A DNA stretch of 64,000 bases from Fimicolochytrium jonesii. Lineage: Eukaryota. This document shows positions 47,555-61,600 of the stretch, in pieces. The notes below the pieces were generated by a model, which saw only the letters and a list, made by a program, of their open reading frames with translations, was not told where the DNA came from and did no database searches. A program made the position numbers and the translations under genes. Position 1 is the stretch's first letter. Each line of letters starts with the position of its first letter. Location of the stretch: contig NW_026515674.1 of assembly GCF_025526975.1 (NCBI RefSeq), forward strand, positions 372,001 through 436,000, read 5' to 3'.

Positions 47555-49963
47555 ATGGAACGAAGAAGGGGTGGCGGGGCCCGTTCAGGAGGTAGAAGAG
47601 CGTGGCAAGGGCATGAAGATACCGAAGACTATGGCGCATACGATGGCGACGGTTACGAGGATGGCCACGACGACGGGGCGTGGAATGCAGGGCACAAGCG
47701 ACATTGGGAAGAAACAGTAAACCCTGAGGCAGTAGAGCAGGAAGAAACGACGGCGGTGAAGAAAAAGAAAAGGGGTGGGAAGAAGGCACGTGAAAAAGAT
47801 CTTAAATGGAAGGCGGCGCATGGTCTCTTGGAACCGGGGACTAGTGGAGTAGCGGTAGAGGTTGCCGACGTTGCCGACGTTACCGAGCAGTCGACCACGG
47901 ACAAGATGGGGCAAATACCCGATACCGTGCTTTCTGGGCCACACGAACGGAAAGCGGGGCCATCATCGCAGAAGCCTCACAATGCGAAAGAAAAGCCAGC
48001 GAAAACAGCCGGTCTTCCCTCCTGGATCGCTCACCCGCTAAGTATCTCCGACCAAATCACGGAAAACGACGAAAGCGATATTGCCAATGCGGCATGGGGC
48101 CTTTCCTCACGTGTGATTGCTCGTCTTCGAGCGCAAAACATCACACACCTTTTCCCGGTTCAACTGGCGGTTCTTCCTCGATTACTGAAAACCCGGTACT
48201 CATCGGCATCTATACCCCTCGGGGACCTCTGCGTCTCTGCACCTACCGGTTCAGGGAAAACTTTGGCGTACGCATTACCGATCGTAGAGTCGTTGGTGGA
48301 TCGGGTGATCCCTCGCGTGCGAGCGTTGATCGTACTTCCAACCCGCGATTTGGCAGCACAAGTCAAGATGACATTTGATTGGTTGTTGCGGGGCACGGAG
48401 GTTCGTGCTGTTTTGCTTACTGGACAGACGTCTTTCGCTTCCGAGCAGTCTCAACTGGTTGCAGCCGATGAGTGGGACGTAGCGACGGAAACGCTGGGGA
48501 GTAGTAGAGTTGATATCGTGATTGCGACCCCCGGTCGTTTGATCGACCATCTCAAGGGGACCGAGGGGTTTACGTTGAAACATCTACGGTTCCTGGTTAT
48601 CGACGAGGCAGATCGCTTGTTAAATCAAAGTTATCAGGACTGGTTGACCCAAGTCCTTCACGCGGCCAAAGGACGGACATCTACGGAGGCAGATGAGCTC
48701 GGTCGTGTCGCAATATCAGACCCTACCGAAAAGATTGAGAGGCTGGGATATACATTAGGGGAGAACGGACGTCCGCTCCACACCGTCAAAACGCATAGGC
48801 ATCCTCATCTGAGCTCCGGCTCGGAAGCACGAACTAATAGACACGACGACATCATACGCCACTACACACCGCTCCAAAAGCTACTCTTCTCTGCCACTCT
48901 GACCAGGAATCCTGCAAAGATTGCGTCGCTGCAGCTTTTCCAACCCACGTACATTGCTGTCGCGTCATCGGATGGAGCAGAAAATGAAGATCGCACGGAC
49001 GACGCACGATACGTGGCACCAACAGGGCTGGAAGAACGACTTGTGGTTTGCCCGTCCGCCGGTGACAAGCCTCTGATGCTGTTACACATTCTGTATAATT
49101 TGAAGGCGACGGGAGTTTTGGTTTTCACCAATTCTGTGGAATCTGCGAACCGGCTGGCCGCTTTGCTCCAGATCTACGATCGTTTGAGGAGGAAGAGCGG
49201 GGATGATTCGAGCAGCAGCGATGACAGCGATAGCAGCAGCGACGACGGCAAAGACGGCATCGGGAAGGCAACAGTCGGCGTGTTCGCCGCGGAGGCCTTC
49301 TCGTCAGACTTACCACCAGCAACGAGGCGCCGGCTCCTTGCATCCTTTCAAAGTGGGCAGACCTCCGCATTGATCTGCTCAGACGTGATGGCTCGTGGAA
49401 TGGATCTCGGGTCAGCAGTACAGCACGTCATAAACTATGAGATACCTACCCGCATCAAGGCGTACGTTCATCGCATTGGACGTACTGCCAGAGCCGGTCG
49501 CAACGGAGTTGCATGGACGATTCTGGAGGATAGGGAGGTTCGCTGGTTCAAAGCGGAGATTGGCAAGATCGACAGGGGTGCACCAGTAGCCCGAGTGAAG
49601 GTTGGGCAAGCCGACACTGAGCTGCTGGTCAAGGATTACCAACAATCCTTGAAGGAACTGGGAGAGCTCGTCAAGCGAAATCCCAATAGTCAAAATGAGA
49701 GCCAAAATGAGGTTGAAAGCATTCCCACGAAATCAAAGGATACAACATTATCCAGCGACGACAGCAGCTCCGATAGTGATTCAGATAGTGATTCAGCTGG
49801 CGATGCAGATAGCGATGCAGATAGCACTTCTTCGTCGAGCGATAGCGAGACTCCAGTTTTGGAGAAGCAGGCGGTATCCGAAGGAGCTCGGACGATGGAA
49901 CTAGCGTTGATCCAGGCGGCCGACCTGACTGCATTTGAAGCAACGGTTGGGGAATGGTGGTAG
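47555..49963 (+). CDS. DBP6: DEAD-box RNA helicase Dbp6/DDX51, intronless
   Basis: LPSWIAHP, FPVQ, DLCVSAPTGSGKTLAY, PTRDLAAQV, TPGRLIDH, DEADRLLNQSYQDW, KLLFSATLTRNP, SDVMARGMD and YVHRIGRTARAG. Ser/Asp-rich tracts. Confidence 0.93.
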   Translation: MERRRGGGARSGGRRAWQGHEDTEDYGAYDGDGYEDGHDDGAWNAGHKRHWEETVNPEAVEQEETTAVKKKKRGGKKAREKDLKWKAAHGLLEPGTSGVAVEVADVADVTEQSTTDKMGQIPDTVLSGPHERKAGPSSQKPHNAKEKPAKTAGLPSWIAHPLSISDQITENDESDIANAAWGLSSRVIARLRAQNITHLFPVQLAVLPRLLKTRYSSASIPLGDLCVSAPTGSGKTLAYALPIVESLVDRVIPRVRALIVLPTRDLAAQVKMTFDWLLRGTEVRAVLLTGQTSFASEQSQLVAADEWDVATETLGSSRVDIVIATPGRLIDHLKGTEGFTLKHLRFLVIDEADRLLNQSYQDWLTQVLHAAKGRTSTEADELGRVAISDPTEKIERLGYTLGENGRPLHTVKTHRHPHLSSGSEARTNRHDDIIRHYTPLQKLLFSATLTRNPAKIASLQLFQPTYIAVASSDGAENEDRTDDARYVAPTGLEERLVVCPSAGDKPLMLLHILYNLKATGVLVFTNSVESANRLAALLQIYDRLRRKSGDDSSSSDDSDSSSDDGKDGIGKATVGVFAAEAFSSDLPPATRRRLLASFQSGQTSALICSDVMARGMDLGSAVQHVINYEIPTRIKAYVHRIGRTARAGRNGVAWTILEDREVRWFKAEIGKIDRGAPVARVKVGQADTELLVKDYQQSLKELGELVKRNPNSQNESQNEVESIPTKSKDTTLSSDDSSSDSDSDSDSAGDADSDADSTSSSSDSETPVLEKQAVSEGARTMELALIQAADLTAFEATVGEWW

Positions 49964-50206
49964 TTGGTCTGCAGTATTTTTGGCTGTATAAGGTGTAGAA
50001 TCGCGGTCTAGAGAGAAATTAATGGATTTCGTGCCAGCTCTCCAAAAATGTTTCCGCGTTGCTACCTATGCATGTGTGTTACGCCCCACTGACGCGATGC
50101 ATTGGCGCGGGGTTCCCGCTATCAATATGAGGTCTTTTCTTTACTTCACCTTTTACAAAGCAAGTAAGTCCACGAAGAACATCCGAATAAAACTTAACAA
50201 GCAACT

Positions 50207-50767
50207 ATGCCCTCCAACACCGCACAGCCGCAGCCGGTCAGAGTCGTTTGGCATGGCAAAGAAAAAGCCGATGCTCAAACCAGTGGCCGATTCCTCGATT
50301 TCTTTGTCTTCGCTGACCCCAACCAGGCAATGATGGGAAACGGGTGTGCAGCCAGATACGGATGACAAAAGAACTGATCAGAATGTTCACCCTCATAGGT
50401 CGAACCCTGGCGCAAAGACAAATCCATTCCGATCGTTGACGTCGTCGAGTCGTTCGACATCTTTGCTGTCAACAACGGAGGAAACACCGGTGTCTATGAA
50501 AGGCCTTCGAGGCAACAGCTGGACACCACGTTTGGAACCCACAATGTGAGCGAAATCATCGAGCGGATTCTCCAGGAAGGCAAGATTGAACGGGGTCCCG
50601 ATGCTCACTTGAACAGGTATGGCCATAGGATTTTGGAAATGATGCTTTGTGTTCTTCGGGGTACCATCACTGAATTCCCATCCAATGTCAGGTTGACAGC
50701 CCCTCCTCGCAATTGCAGCAAAGGCGCTTACAACGGCCGTGTTGCACAATCGGCCGTTCACAACTGA
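50207..50767 (+). CDS. RTC3: SBDS-N-terminal-domain protein, Rtc3/YHR087W-like (missed as a whole by the ORF track)
   Basis: Exon 1 50207-50326 (MPSNTAQPQPVRVVWHGK...DFFVFADPNQ). Exon 2 from 50399 (VEPWRKDKSIPIVDVVESFDIF...GNTGVYERPSRQQLDTTFGTHNVSEIIERILQEG). Probable second intron 50617-50691. Stop at 50765-50767. Confidence 0.85.
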
Positions 50768-52236
50768 TGTCGGCTCGACTACACATAGTTTCCTGGGCGA
50801 TTAGCTACGATGTCCTGAAGTGGAGGAATCATTTTCGTGGGGTGAAACGGCGTAGTCCTTACGGTTTTTGGTTTGAACTGTCCTGCTTTCCCCTGTCAAA
50901 TATGTACGCGTCAAAATGCGAATGGTACCGGTATAAAGCGAAAGTTCCAATCGCATGTGGGACCTCATCTTTGCGCCGGCGTAAGAAGCGTCATCGAAGA
51001 CCATGGTTATGAAAACGGATTTCCGGGAAGCAAGTAAGGGAGGATGTTCTCCAGCTTCTTCGTTGCCTCACTCAGATATGCAAACCGTGATGCAAGGGAA
51101 GCAATGTTCAGCAGCAGACTACTGAAGAAATAAATCAACCCAGAGTAAGCTACTTGCAATACAACTAGTTCAGCCTCGGTGTTATGTTGGCAGGGAGGAA
51201 ATGGCGGAGTCGAATGCTAGGCCTGTGCGCAAACGTCTACTGTGTGTTCGAGAGTTCAACCTCTTCTGCGCTGTCAACAGCGCATTATACTCATGACGGT
51301 GGGGAAACTGAGGGAGACAATCGGCGATTAACCCCCAACTGTCACTGCGCCAAGAAGCCGGGAGCGGGGGAGCGCACAATGGGCGCAGCAGTGATGAATC
51401 AATGACGCACAATGTGCGCGTTTCCCGCCATTCGGACGGACCAAGCCACTTCCGGTTTCATTTTGTTTGTTCTGCGGATTTTGGTTCTGAAACACTGGGC
51501 ATGCCATTCTACAGTATGTTGAAGCTTGTTTCCCATGTGAACATTTTTCAGACTTGGACTTTTGAAACCTGAACATGAGGACTTCTTGAAACGAGCACTG
51601 GCTTGCAAGTCTGAGTTGCGTGGGCGGATATGCAGTCTGTAGTTGGGTAGGTATGCAGAAAGGTAAGGATTTTCCGACGATGTGCAGGAGCGTGGGTCAT
51701 ATGGGGTCCGTCTTTTCGTTCTGGGTACGTTCTGCATCCAAGTTCTGTCCCGTCTCACGGCCAGGCCAAAGCCATGAGTAATTGATGTGGCCGTATGCGC
51801 GTAACACCGCGCGCGCAACAACGGACTCCTTTGGGGACCACGGCCGGACGATCCACAGCACTGCCGTACAAAGAGAAGAGCATAACGTTCAAAACGGTGC
51901 TAAAGCTCATCAGCATAACATCCCCTTGCACAGGTGAATCTACAACGCACGGAGCATTCTCTCTGGACCAAATACCGTACCCCGGCCCTTACCCACTTGC
52001 CAGTTTATTGGAGGGGTCTGGGAGTTTTCTCTCGCATGCATCGACGTCTCAGTCGCGCCTGTACACCGGTTCACCGGAAGCAACAACGAAGCCACAACGA
52101 ATCGCACATGTGCGATTCAACGCACTAGACTGCCCGCTCGCCAAGTTACGAAGGACGGCGTGTGGGAGCAGGCGGTGCAGCACGGACGAAAGGAGGCGCA
52201 AGAGCCATCTAAGCATCGACGCTACTGTCACGTCCA

Positions 52237-55200
52237 ATGTCAAACGTCTCAAAATCGGCGACTGACGTGAATTGCGCAACACCGGCGCCGGAATTTCTCC
52301 CGGTCGACGGTGTCCGTTTTGAGGGTCCTTTTGACGCTTTGCTCAACAAGCACTTGGTTGATGGCCTACTGCGTACGTCCGCGGAATGCCGGCCCACAAA
52401 GGCACCCGATGGGTCTTTCCTAGATGGGTCCTCGCCCGCATCTCCTCCAACACCTACACCAGCACCTACACCATCACCGACTCCCTCCCTCGACCCTCAG
52501 TTTCCGGCACCTAAATCGCAACCGCAAGCTCCTGTGGCCCCATCGCTGTCGCCCTTACCCCTTCAAGACCCAAACCCGCCATCAGACAGCCCCTCGCCGG
52601 GTTTGACGGCGCTCGAACCGAAGGAACTTGCGGAAACACTCGCGGTTTCATCAAAGGCATCAAGAGGGATCAGTAATAGACGTCCGAAATCTATGGCAGT
52701 GGGCTTCACCATAGGGCCACCGAGTCATGATTCAGCTACAGATTCCGAGTCATCTCCAGAGTCAATAAAAGCTCGCCGATTGTCTTACAATGGGCATCAG
52801 AACGACCACCTGGCGGCCTTGCAAAACTACGCCAGAACAGCCCCGAACACGGGGTCCTCTTCTGTCGATCTCAAGTCCTTGGCGGACGTACATCAGGTCA
52901 CTGGCAACACTTCGACCCTCAGATTCGAAGCTCCTTACATTGGGCCTTTATTGTCTGCGCCTCAAGATACCACCAGAACCTCGGTGGAGTCGAGTCTCCC
53001 CGCGTCTCCCCTTCGGCAATTGTCTGCAAGCAGCATTAACCGCAGGGCCGAGCATCGTCTGATGGTCATTGACGAGTTGATGCAGACGGAGCGGATGTAC
53101 GTACATGATTTGCGTACACTGGTGGAGGTAAGACGGACTGTGCGATTCTCGATAGCGATAAGCTCACAGGCTCACAATCCTTTGAACGTCATAGAGTTTC
53201 TTCGATCGGTTGAACGCCGTGTCGTGGGTGCCAAGCGACAAGAAGTTCTCTTTGATGCGAAATGCAAGTGAGCTATACAGGTTCCAGCAGGAATTTCTCA
53301 GCGCCCTGGAAGAGACGGTGGTGAGAGCAGAAGACGATGCTGACGTTGCGGCAGCATCGATGGCGCACGTGTTTCTGGAAATGCAGCACAAATTCACCGT
53401 CTATTCACAATACTGCACCCATCATGACGGCGCCATAAAAACCCTGAGAGAGTATGAAAGAAGACCGGAGATGGTCACCTTTCTCAAAGATTTTCGAGGG
53501 CTGGCTCAGACCAAGCTGGATGTGAAAGACTACTTGATCAAGCCTGTGCAACGGCTATGCCGATACCCTCTGTTGATCAACGAAGTGATCAAGAACACAG
53601 CAATCGACTCGCCCACACATCAGGTGCTAACTGCAGCACATGGCATGATGCAGCACCTTGCGTTGGAAATAGACTCTGCCAAGTGGCGCATGGAAAACAT
53701 GGAGAGGACAGACCGGTTCTTCAGCAGGCTGGAGGCACCCCCAAATGACCTTCCACAGCGTTTAGAGGCCGGCGATTTTATTCTCAGCGGCGCACTCTTT
53801 GTCGTGAACTATGACCAGTTTGCGATGAAATTGAGATACAGGGTAAGTGAAACTTGGCTGTTGCCGACTGCGTCCTGATGCTCACAATTCTGTGCATATC
53901 ATAGGGCGTATTCCTCTTCCCTGAATATCTTCTGGTTGTGAAGCCCAGAAGAATGACCGCTTATAATGTGAAGACTTGCCTATCATTATCCCTGTGCGAG
54001 TTTAGGCGTCTCGGTGCTGGAGAAGGTATGTGGTCTTGTTGGCTAGTCAGCCTTCTTCAGTCTCCGTCATACTCACAATTCCTGAAACATCACAGGCCCT
54101 TTCGCGAACGGCTGGCGGTTGACAAACACCGATAATGGCCAGAATTACGACTTCTGCGCATTAACGGAACGGGAGAGGACAGTATGGACCGACGCACTGT
54201 TACGGCTTGCAATACCAGCAAAGTCAAGGCAGCCTGGTTCGTTGCCATCCGCCACTACCGCGCCATCGCCTTCGCCAGCACCGGTGCCGGGGCCGTCCTC
54301 GCGGCCATCGATGTCAACAGAAATACGGGAAACTTTGCGACGGAGCAGCTCCACAGGATGGATGTCGGTACAAGATGGCGGCAGCCCCGCGCCTCAACGA
54401 GAGCGCCCTTCTGGGGGCGCGCAGACTCCTACGCAGCGACGCAAGTTTTGGCGGCAGTCGAGCGCGGATCTGCGATATGAAAGCTTCCCTGAGCCCAACT
54501 CGACCGCGGCAAACCCGAGCGCCGCCATCAATATGTCCTCCTATCCAACCGCGAGTTTGGTTAGGCGAGCTTCGGTGGACATGCGACTGCTGGACGTCCT
54601 CACACCGATTTTTGATCCTTTGACGCAGAACACAGGGACGCTGTCGTCTCCAAGATCGGTCCCTAACTTAAAGTCCGCAATGCAGAGAAGTGCGACGCTG
54701 AATGATCTCACGGAACATGCCGAATATCACCGGCCAGATTCAGTCGTCGGAGCGAGATTGAACACCTCGAGGCCGCCGCTTCCGCCAGACAAGAGATATT
54801 CGCTCAGATTGCCCCCTCGAACATATTCGGAGCTACAAATTTCCCCGAGGAGCGCAAGAGATGACGACTATCCTCCCACTCATTCACTGCGACCCCGCGA
54901 TATTCGTGACCTTTTCATAGAAGGCCGTCCGCCGCTCCCGAATCGTGACTCGTCACTGAAATACAACCCGGACTTGCTCAAACAAACAGAAAGCAACCGA
55001 ACCTCCGCCGGCTACCGGGTACGAGAGTCGGAAACCTTGAATCCACTTCCACGGAGTGTTCTGCTGAGCGGAGCTTCCACAAGATCCAGTCCCATTGATT
55101 CCATTGCCCCACCGCTTCTTCACCGCTACCCATCACAATCAAGCTTTGCCCCACAGCTTCCCGACCGCAGCGCCCAACTTATACCACCACTGCCACCTCT

Positions 55201-55471
55201 TCCCGTGCACATGGGGTCGGAGCCACCCATTGGGCGTGCGAGCACCAGTACCTACTCCCCACCTTCGTCTTCCGGATCTTCTACATCCGCCTTCTTCACG
55301 AGACTCTACAAAGCGAGCTCCACCCAGAGTATGCCCGATGCCCCCGATAAAGAGCGTAGGAATAACCTGCTGCGACGAACATGGACTCAAATTTTCCATC
55401 GGAAAAGACGTGGGCTGAGGGAAACGTTTGGTCTCGGCAGCAGCAACAAGTCTGATGCCGGAGATCGCTAG
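52237..55471 (+). CDS. Rho guanine nucleotide exchange factor (DH-PH) with Pro/Ser-rich termini
   Basis: DH motifs RLMVIDELMQTERMYVHDL, FTVYSQYCTHH and DYLIKPVQRLCRYPLLINEV. PH ending FCALTERERTVWTDALL. The start could lie further upstream. Confidence 0.9.
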
Positions 55472-55992
55472 GCAATCCCTCTCCTTTATGCGGACCCTTT
55501 GCCCACACTCTATGCATTCGGATCTTGAAATTCAATATACCCAGCCGTATGACCGCAGGGAGATCGGATACGCGATCATCCAGCCGCGTCTAACTGGTTG
55601 CGGCGCCGTCACTCCACGCCCGCTGCGAAAGCCTCCACGGCAATAAGGTGCAACCGTCCTGCAATGGCCATCATACCGTTTGGAAGATTGGTTCGGAACT
55701 ATTGCGGGTATATTTCGCAGGCATGCCCCTAGTTCTTTCCAGTGGCAGTGTGTTTGACTCGTGCGACCTTGAATGAACGAGATACGCTTGGTTTCTCCAA
55801 TTTTGCTACCGTATGTACATATCTTGAGACATTTGGATTTAATACGCCATTGTAAGGCATTGCGAAACATAATACACTGAAGAGCAGCAGCAGCACTTGT
55901 TTCACGTTGGCAAAAGGCGGATCTATCGTCAATAGCTTGTGAATAGGGTGATGAGAGGAGTACATCACCGTCTCCCTGGATGCAGAGGTATC

Positions 55993-58270
55993 TCATATAA
56001 GAAAGGCTTTCTTCGTTTCCTGGATAACGCCCTTGAAAGCGGGCTATGAGCATCCGCCGGAGGAAGCAAACAACGTCGATGAGTTCCAGTTGCGAGTACA
56101 GGAGACCACCGTCCAGTTCGCACCTTTCCAGGCGTCAGTCCCTGCGGTGAAGAGCTCAAGTGGGCTGTCTCGCGGTTGAACGGAAACACCTGTTTCAGTC
56201 GGCCCACCTCCACGCTCTCGTGTTTTACATCATGCAGCTGTTTTACGTGCCGTCGGAGTGATGGCGTTGTCGTGCGCTGTGTTTTGCTTGGACATGCAGA
56301 GGAAACCCGCGGTTTACGCCGTGCTTGTTTTGCCAGCTGGAATGTCGGAACGGTAAGATTGCACATCTTTGGTTTGATCGTTTCCAGATGTTTTGCTTCT
56401 ACACCCACCACTGACGCCTCGTACGCCAATGCGAGCTGCTCATCTGTTACGTCGACAATGTCGATTATATCTGCCAGGAGCGGCTATCCATGTAGAGCGT
56501 AAAGTAAGACTGGTTTCTGCATGAGTCCAGTAAGAATGAAGGGATCTACCTTTTTGACCTCGTAATCGACCTCGGAGTCCAATGATAGTGCGGGACCGAA
56601 GTTAACCTCTGCGAGCCAGATCGAGTGATTTTATTTGCACCAGCATCTTTCACACAAAGTCTTGGTTGAGAACCTACCGAGCAGCCATGGTTTCAACGTT
56701 TCGTCGACCAGGACATCTACGTGATATCTTTCTCGTTAAAGCATAATCAACACGGATGCGACAACATAGAGCTATCACTCACCAAACCCGTACAGCTCGA
56801 AGCAACCTGCCGGTACCGGAGGGACATCGGCAGCTACGGGGAGCAACGTTACTATTATGGTGCCCAGGATCCTTTCGTCCGAGATGTCAATCATGTCAAT
56901 CATAACCTCCCTTTATGAATTCCGTTGTCTTTGCAGGGCTTCTGTCCTACCTCTTCCAAGTCACATCCCAGTTTCGATTAGTAAGCTTGAACCACTCTCG
57001 CAATCTCGCGAATGTCCACCGACATCCCGCGCCGATGTCCTCCTTCTCGTGTCCCAGCGAAGGCGAGTGCTTGTTGATCGACGTATTGGTCAGATGTGCA
57101 AACAGATTGTCAAGTCTATCCGTTTGATACGGACTCTGGAACACCTTGAGACGGTCTTTCCAAAGCGGCTCAAGTTTGCGAAAAATGCTTACTGTGGCGA
57201 ATCTGGCTAAGCCCTCGTCGTTCACGAAGATGACCAGTGGATTATAGGATTTCACGACAACGTAGCTGTAATTGTATGTTGAGTTGAGGCACAAGGCTGA
57301 AACAATTCATAACGGCAGCAGGATGTATCTACCATCGCATATCAAACTGATGATCTTGTCAGTCTCGATTCAGTATAAACGTCATACGTAATTCCGCTGA
57401 GGGTTTCGTACCTTGTAACCGGAGATCAGCAGCGGATTGGGAATATATCGCTGCAATACCGCACTTCAATTCTTGTCAGCTCTGAAGCCAGAATACTGCT
57501 TTGCCCCTCGTTTCCACGTACTTGCAATCATACGCCAGCTCGGTGAGATGCTTGAACACAAAGATGCCTCTCCCGCGGCTCTGATCCGCTGGCTTGCATA
57601 TCCACATGCCCTGGTTTCTCCTTTCCTCCTCGTGAGCGTAGACCTTTACAAATTTGGTATAGTCGTTTGGCAGTGAGAACGTGAGAGGCACATAGTCGTA
57701 TATCGATCCATATATTCCACGCATAGTCCGAAGAAGGCGATAGAGCGTGTCCTATCCTGGCGCGAGAGCGACGATCGAAAGGTCCCGGCGCAGATCAGAG
57801 AGACGGCACAGACATTGGAAGGCCACACGACATGGGCTCCTCACCTTTCTCGTCAAGTTGAGCGTCTTGGGAAAATGATTCAAGCGCTGCCATGGTTGAC
57901 ATGACTCGTATTCGCCCTGGCGGAATCGAGTACCTTCACCCAACATGTCAGGCGCTCTCGATCAACACCGATCAACCAACACGAGCGAAACCTGGATGCA
58001 CCAGCGTTACCGACCTCTCCATTCCAAGTTCCAGTATGGGCTTTCTCCTTCCACAAATGGAAGCCAACCTGACATGCAACTTACAGATCAGATTCGGATT
58101 GTATGCGCAACGTACAACATATCTATTGCCTGGTCACCTTGCTCATCAAAGACATCTTTTATCGTCTGCGGCCCGTTCTCTCCCAAGACGTAGTACCGAT
58201 GGAAGACTGACTCAGGCGCAAGCTGTTGCTCCTCCGCTGCTTTCGCCGCCGACGCTGCCGCTGCTGCCAT
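55993..58270 (-). CDS. Tubulin-tyrosine-ligase-like glutamylase (TTLL2-like), many exons
   Basis: QRLNHFPK, YVPLTFSLPNDY, WICKPADQSRGRGIFVF, QRYIPNPLLISGYK|FDMR, EGLARFAT, HLTNTSINK, CFELYG and KPWLL|EVN. Both termini are approximate (alternative stop at 55965). Confidence 0.9.
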
Positions 58271-58654
58271 CTCCTTGCCCTGCCGCCGATGCTGCCGCAG
58301 AAAACGTATGAACCTACTATATACTGTCAAATCGAGCCCACTGTCCTGTCAACTTCGAAGCTGGCGTTCTCCAGGCGTAAGCACGCGACGATGTTTGGGA
58401 CGCTTGGATCCCGCATCCCATGAAACGAGTCTCTGGTACGCTGGTGTCCGAAAAGGCGCTCCTCTGGCTGTTTCCATTCCAGCTGGCGAGCATCTTGCGA
58501 ACCACTGTCATTGCAAACTCGCTGTGGATCTTAGACATCTCGAAAGGAGTTACGGTTCAGCCAAAGCCTCAGCAGTCTCCCGTCCGTGCGCGGCGCAACA
58601 GCGGAAAGAGATTCATCCATATACCATCCACACCACGTCGTTCACCAGCGTCAA

Positions 58655-61600
58655 ATGCTAGCTGGTCCCGGCCCCGCCTACGGAGTAGACCCGACCAAGA
58701 GCAAAACAAAGTCCAGCTACAAAACGTTCCAATACACCGAAGAAACGGCCAAGACGTTTGAAGCGGCCACCGACGAAGATGACAACCCGTTTATGACACC
58801 CGGTGGAAAGGACTCCGGTGGCAAGACGATGATTTACGCGTCCTCGACCAAGAAACAACGATTCACGGGAAACAGGATACCAAACGTTCCTATTGGCGAA
58901 GGCGGTCGCCACACTCCGTTCCGACGAGTAGCCTCATACTCACCTGACCGGTCACAGTCACACGGCGCGTCGAATGGGCGGCCGAGGATACCTTTCGCCG
59001 GTTTTGAGGAGGACGAGGATGAAAACTCGGAGACGTCCTTGGTGGACGATGATTTCCGGCGGATGGTTGAGGCGCTCGGGAAGGAGGAACTGACAATGCT
59101 GGAGGGTGTTCGAATGCGACATGCTGGGCGCGTATCGGAGGTGGCAAACGAGCGGGAGGATGCAGGTTCTTTCTCAGAGGTCGAAGAGCAAGCCGCGGAC
59201 AACGATCAGCCACTCCAGAATAACGAATCTCAATTCGAAGACGACTACGATATCCATTCCATTGATGCGCCAGAAGTGATGCAACTGGATGAAGAGTTTG
59301 ACGAATTCACAAATAGCATGCGCGAAGACATTGAGCAGATTCCAAATTCTGCCCTTGAGCAGCTTCCCGATCCTGGAGATACCAGCCTTGACGTTAACGA
59401 CGAGCTCCACTTTGATGACAACATGCAGAGTCATCGTCTTTCTGGATCGATAGATGCACGTGGGATGGCGAATGCGGAGGAATCTTCTATGCGGGAATTC
59501 TGGCAGTATGCCACGGCCAGGACGTCTCCGACTATGCGTCGCAAGAGACATTCGGGTGCCACTAGCCCACATGGTAGGCTTCACCAGCCAGTAGCCTGCC
59601 TTTTTTTCGTCCGGGTTCTAATCTGCCTCAGTCCAATCCATCAGTGAACAGGAATTGGACGATGTGCCGTTTCAACACACGTCGGCACCGAAGGCGCCGG
59701 ATGATCGAGCTTCGAGCCCTGAAAGTTCGCTCGGAGTGTTATCCGAACCCGGCTCTCCAGTACATCAGCATCGCAGTCCTCCTCCAGAATCACTTCCAGG
59801 CTCTCCTGTTTCATTGCATCGCGAATCTCATGTTCGAGGCGCCAATCCCAGTCCAGTCATGCGACTACTTCCCAATGTAGAAGTGGCCGATGAAGCCGAC
59901 GAGCTGCCCTCGTTCGACGGTCATTCTCGCGAATTTGACGAACCGCTGTCACCCGCATCTCAAGGTCCAATGGCGAAACTGGACGGCATGCGTACTAGTC
60001 GCCAACAACCCCTATCAGCATCTCACGACATTCCCAGAATCGAAAACATGCTCGCAGATGCGCGGAATGAAATAAGGACCCTCCGCGCACTCAACGAGCG
60101 GCTTGTACAGGATAATCAAGAGCTGAAGGCCGATCTCGATGCCGCCTTCCATGAGAAGGACCGTGTTGCCACCGACATGGAACAGCAGCACCGGGACGAG
60201 CTGCGGAAACGAGAGGAGGAAGACGAGGCGCGCTACGCATCGATGCGTGAAGCGATTGCAGCAGGGGAGGAGCAGTTGAGACGCTCTCGAGCTGAGCAGG
60301 AACAAATAGGATCCATACGCAATTCCCTGAGAGAAGAAAAGGAGCTTGATATTCTGAATATCAAAAAGGAGCTGACGTCGCAGAAGGAGCGAGAGCTTCT
60401 GGAACTCCGGCAAGCTATGGCTGCAGACAAAGAGGAGGTCATGCGAAAAAACAAGGACGAGATGCGGCGGCAGGCGAAAGAGTTTGCGGAGGAGCGAAAT
60501 TACTTTGAGGAGGAACGCTCTCGGGCACGGAACCTGATAAAGGAGCGGGAGAAAGAAATTAGGGACCTCGAAGAGCAGGTGTATCAAAAGTCCAAGAGGC
60601 CCCAGTCGGATGAATTTGGACAACAGTACGACGCATATTCGCAAGAGATCGATCGGCTTCATAGAGAGCTGGCTGCCCAGAAGACAGAACACGAGGCGAC
60701 ACGGCAGGTTCTAGAAGAGCAGATCCGACGGGAACGCAGACGCGCAAACGACCTGCAACATAAGCTAGCGTCGCAGGCACCTGCAACCGATAGGCCGTTA
60801 AGCGACATCCTTGCCAGTTACCCTAATCAGCTTGAACAATTCAGAAACTCGTTGGCGGCGGAACACTCGGAACGACTAGCCGATTGCGAGAGTGCACATG
60901 CAGCCTCATTGCGGGAGATGCAGGCTCGCCATGACGCGGCCGTCGCTGACCTGCAGCAACGGATCGAACAAGACCAGGCTCGCATGTTGGAAAAGCAGAA
61001 ACAGCAAATTCTCGACATCACCGCAAAGTTAAAGGAACGATGTGCCAACGCGTATGAAACTGCTGTGCAGAAGCTGAAGGAGGAACGTGCGCGAGCGGAG
61101 CACGACATGAATGCCAGGCACACTAGGCATCGGGAGCAGTGGGCGGCTGAAGTAAAGAAGCTGAGAAGTGAACGGGAAGCCCTGCGCAAACGAGTGGATG
61201 CGGACGATAATGCTAGAGCTGCTGAAGTGGCGCACAGTCGAATAGCAGAACTAGAGGTACTCATCACAACCAACGCATCGATGCCTCACAAGGGAAAATA
61301 TCTGACTTTGCCCTTCATCGCAGCATCAAATCCGTTCTCTCAAAGATGCACTCGCGCGAACCACTCTCGATCACAACAAAGCCCTATTAGATGAGAAGGC
61401 GCAGCATGAAAAGGAAATGCAGGAACGGTTACGCAAAATGAAGCAGCAGTACATAAGCACTCTAACGATGATGCGGGACGACCTGAAGCGCAGCAGAGAG
61501 GTCGGGCTGGAGAAGTTTGAGACGGAGTGGAATCGGAAGAAGTCGGCGTTGGATGCTGCGTGGCAGAAGAGGTGAGTTGGATAGTGTTGGATGAACCTAC

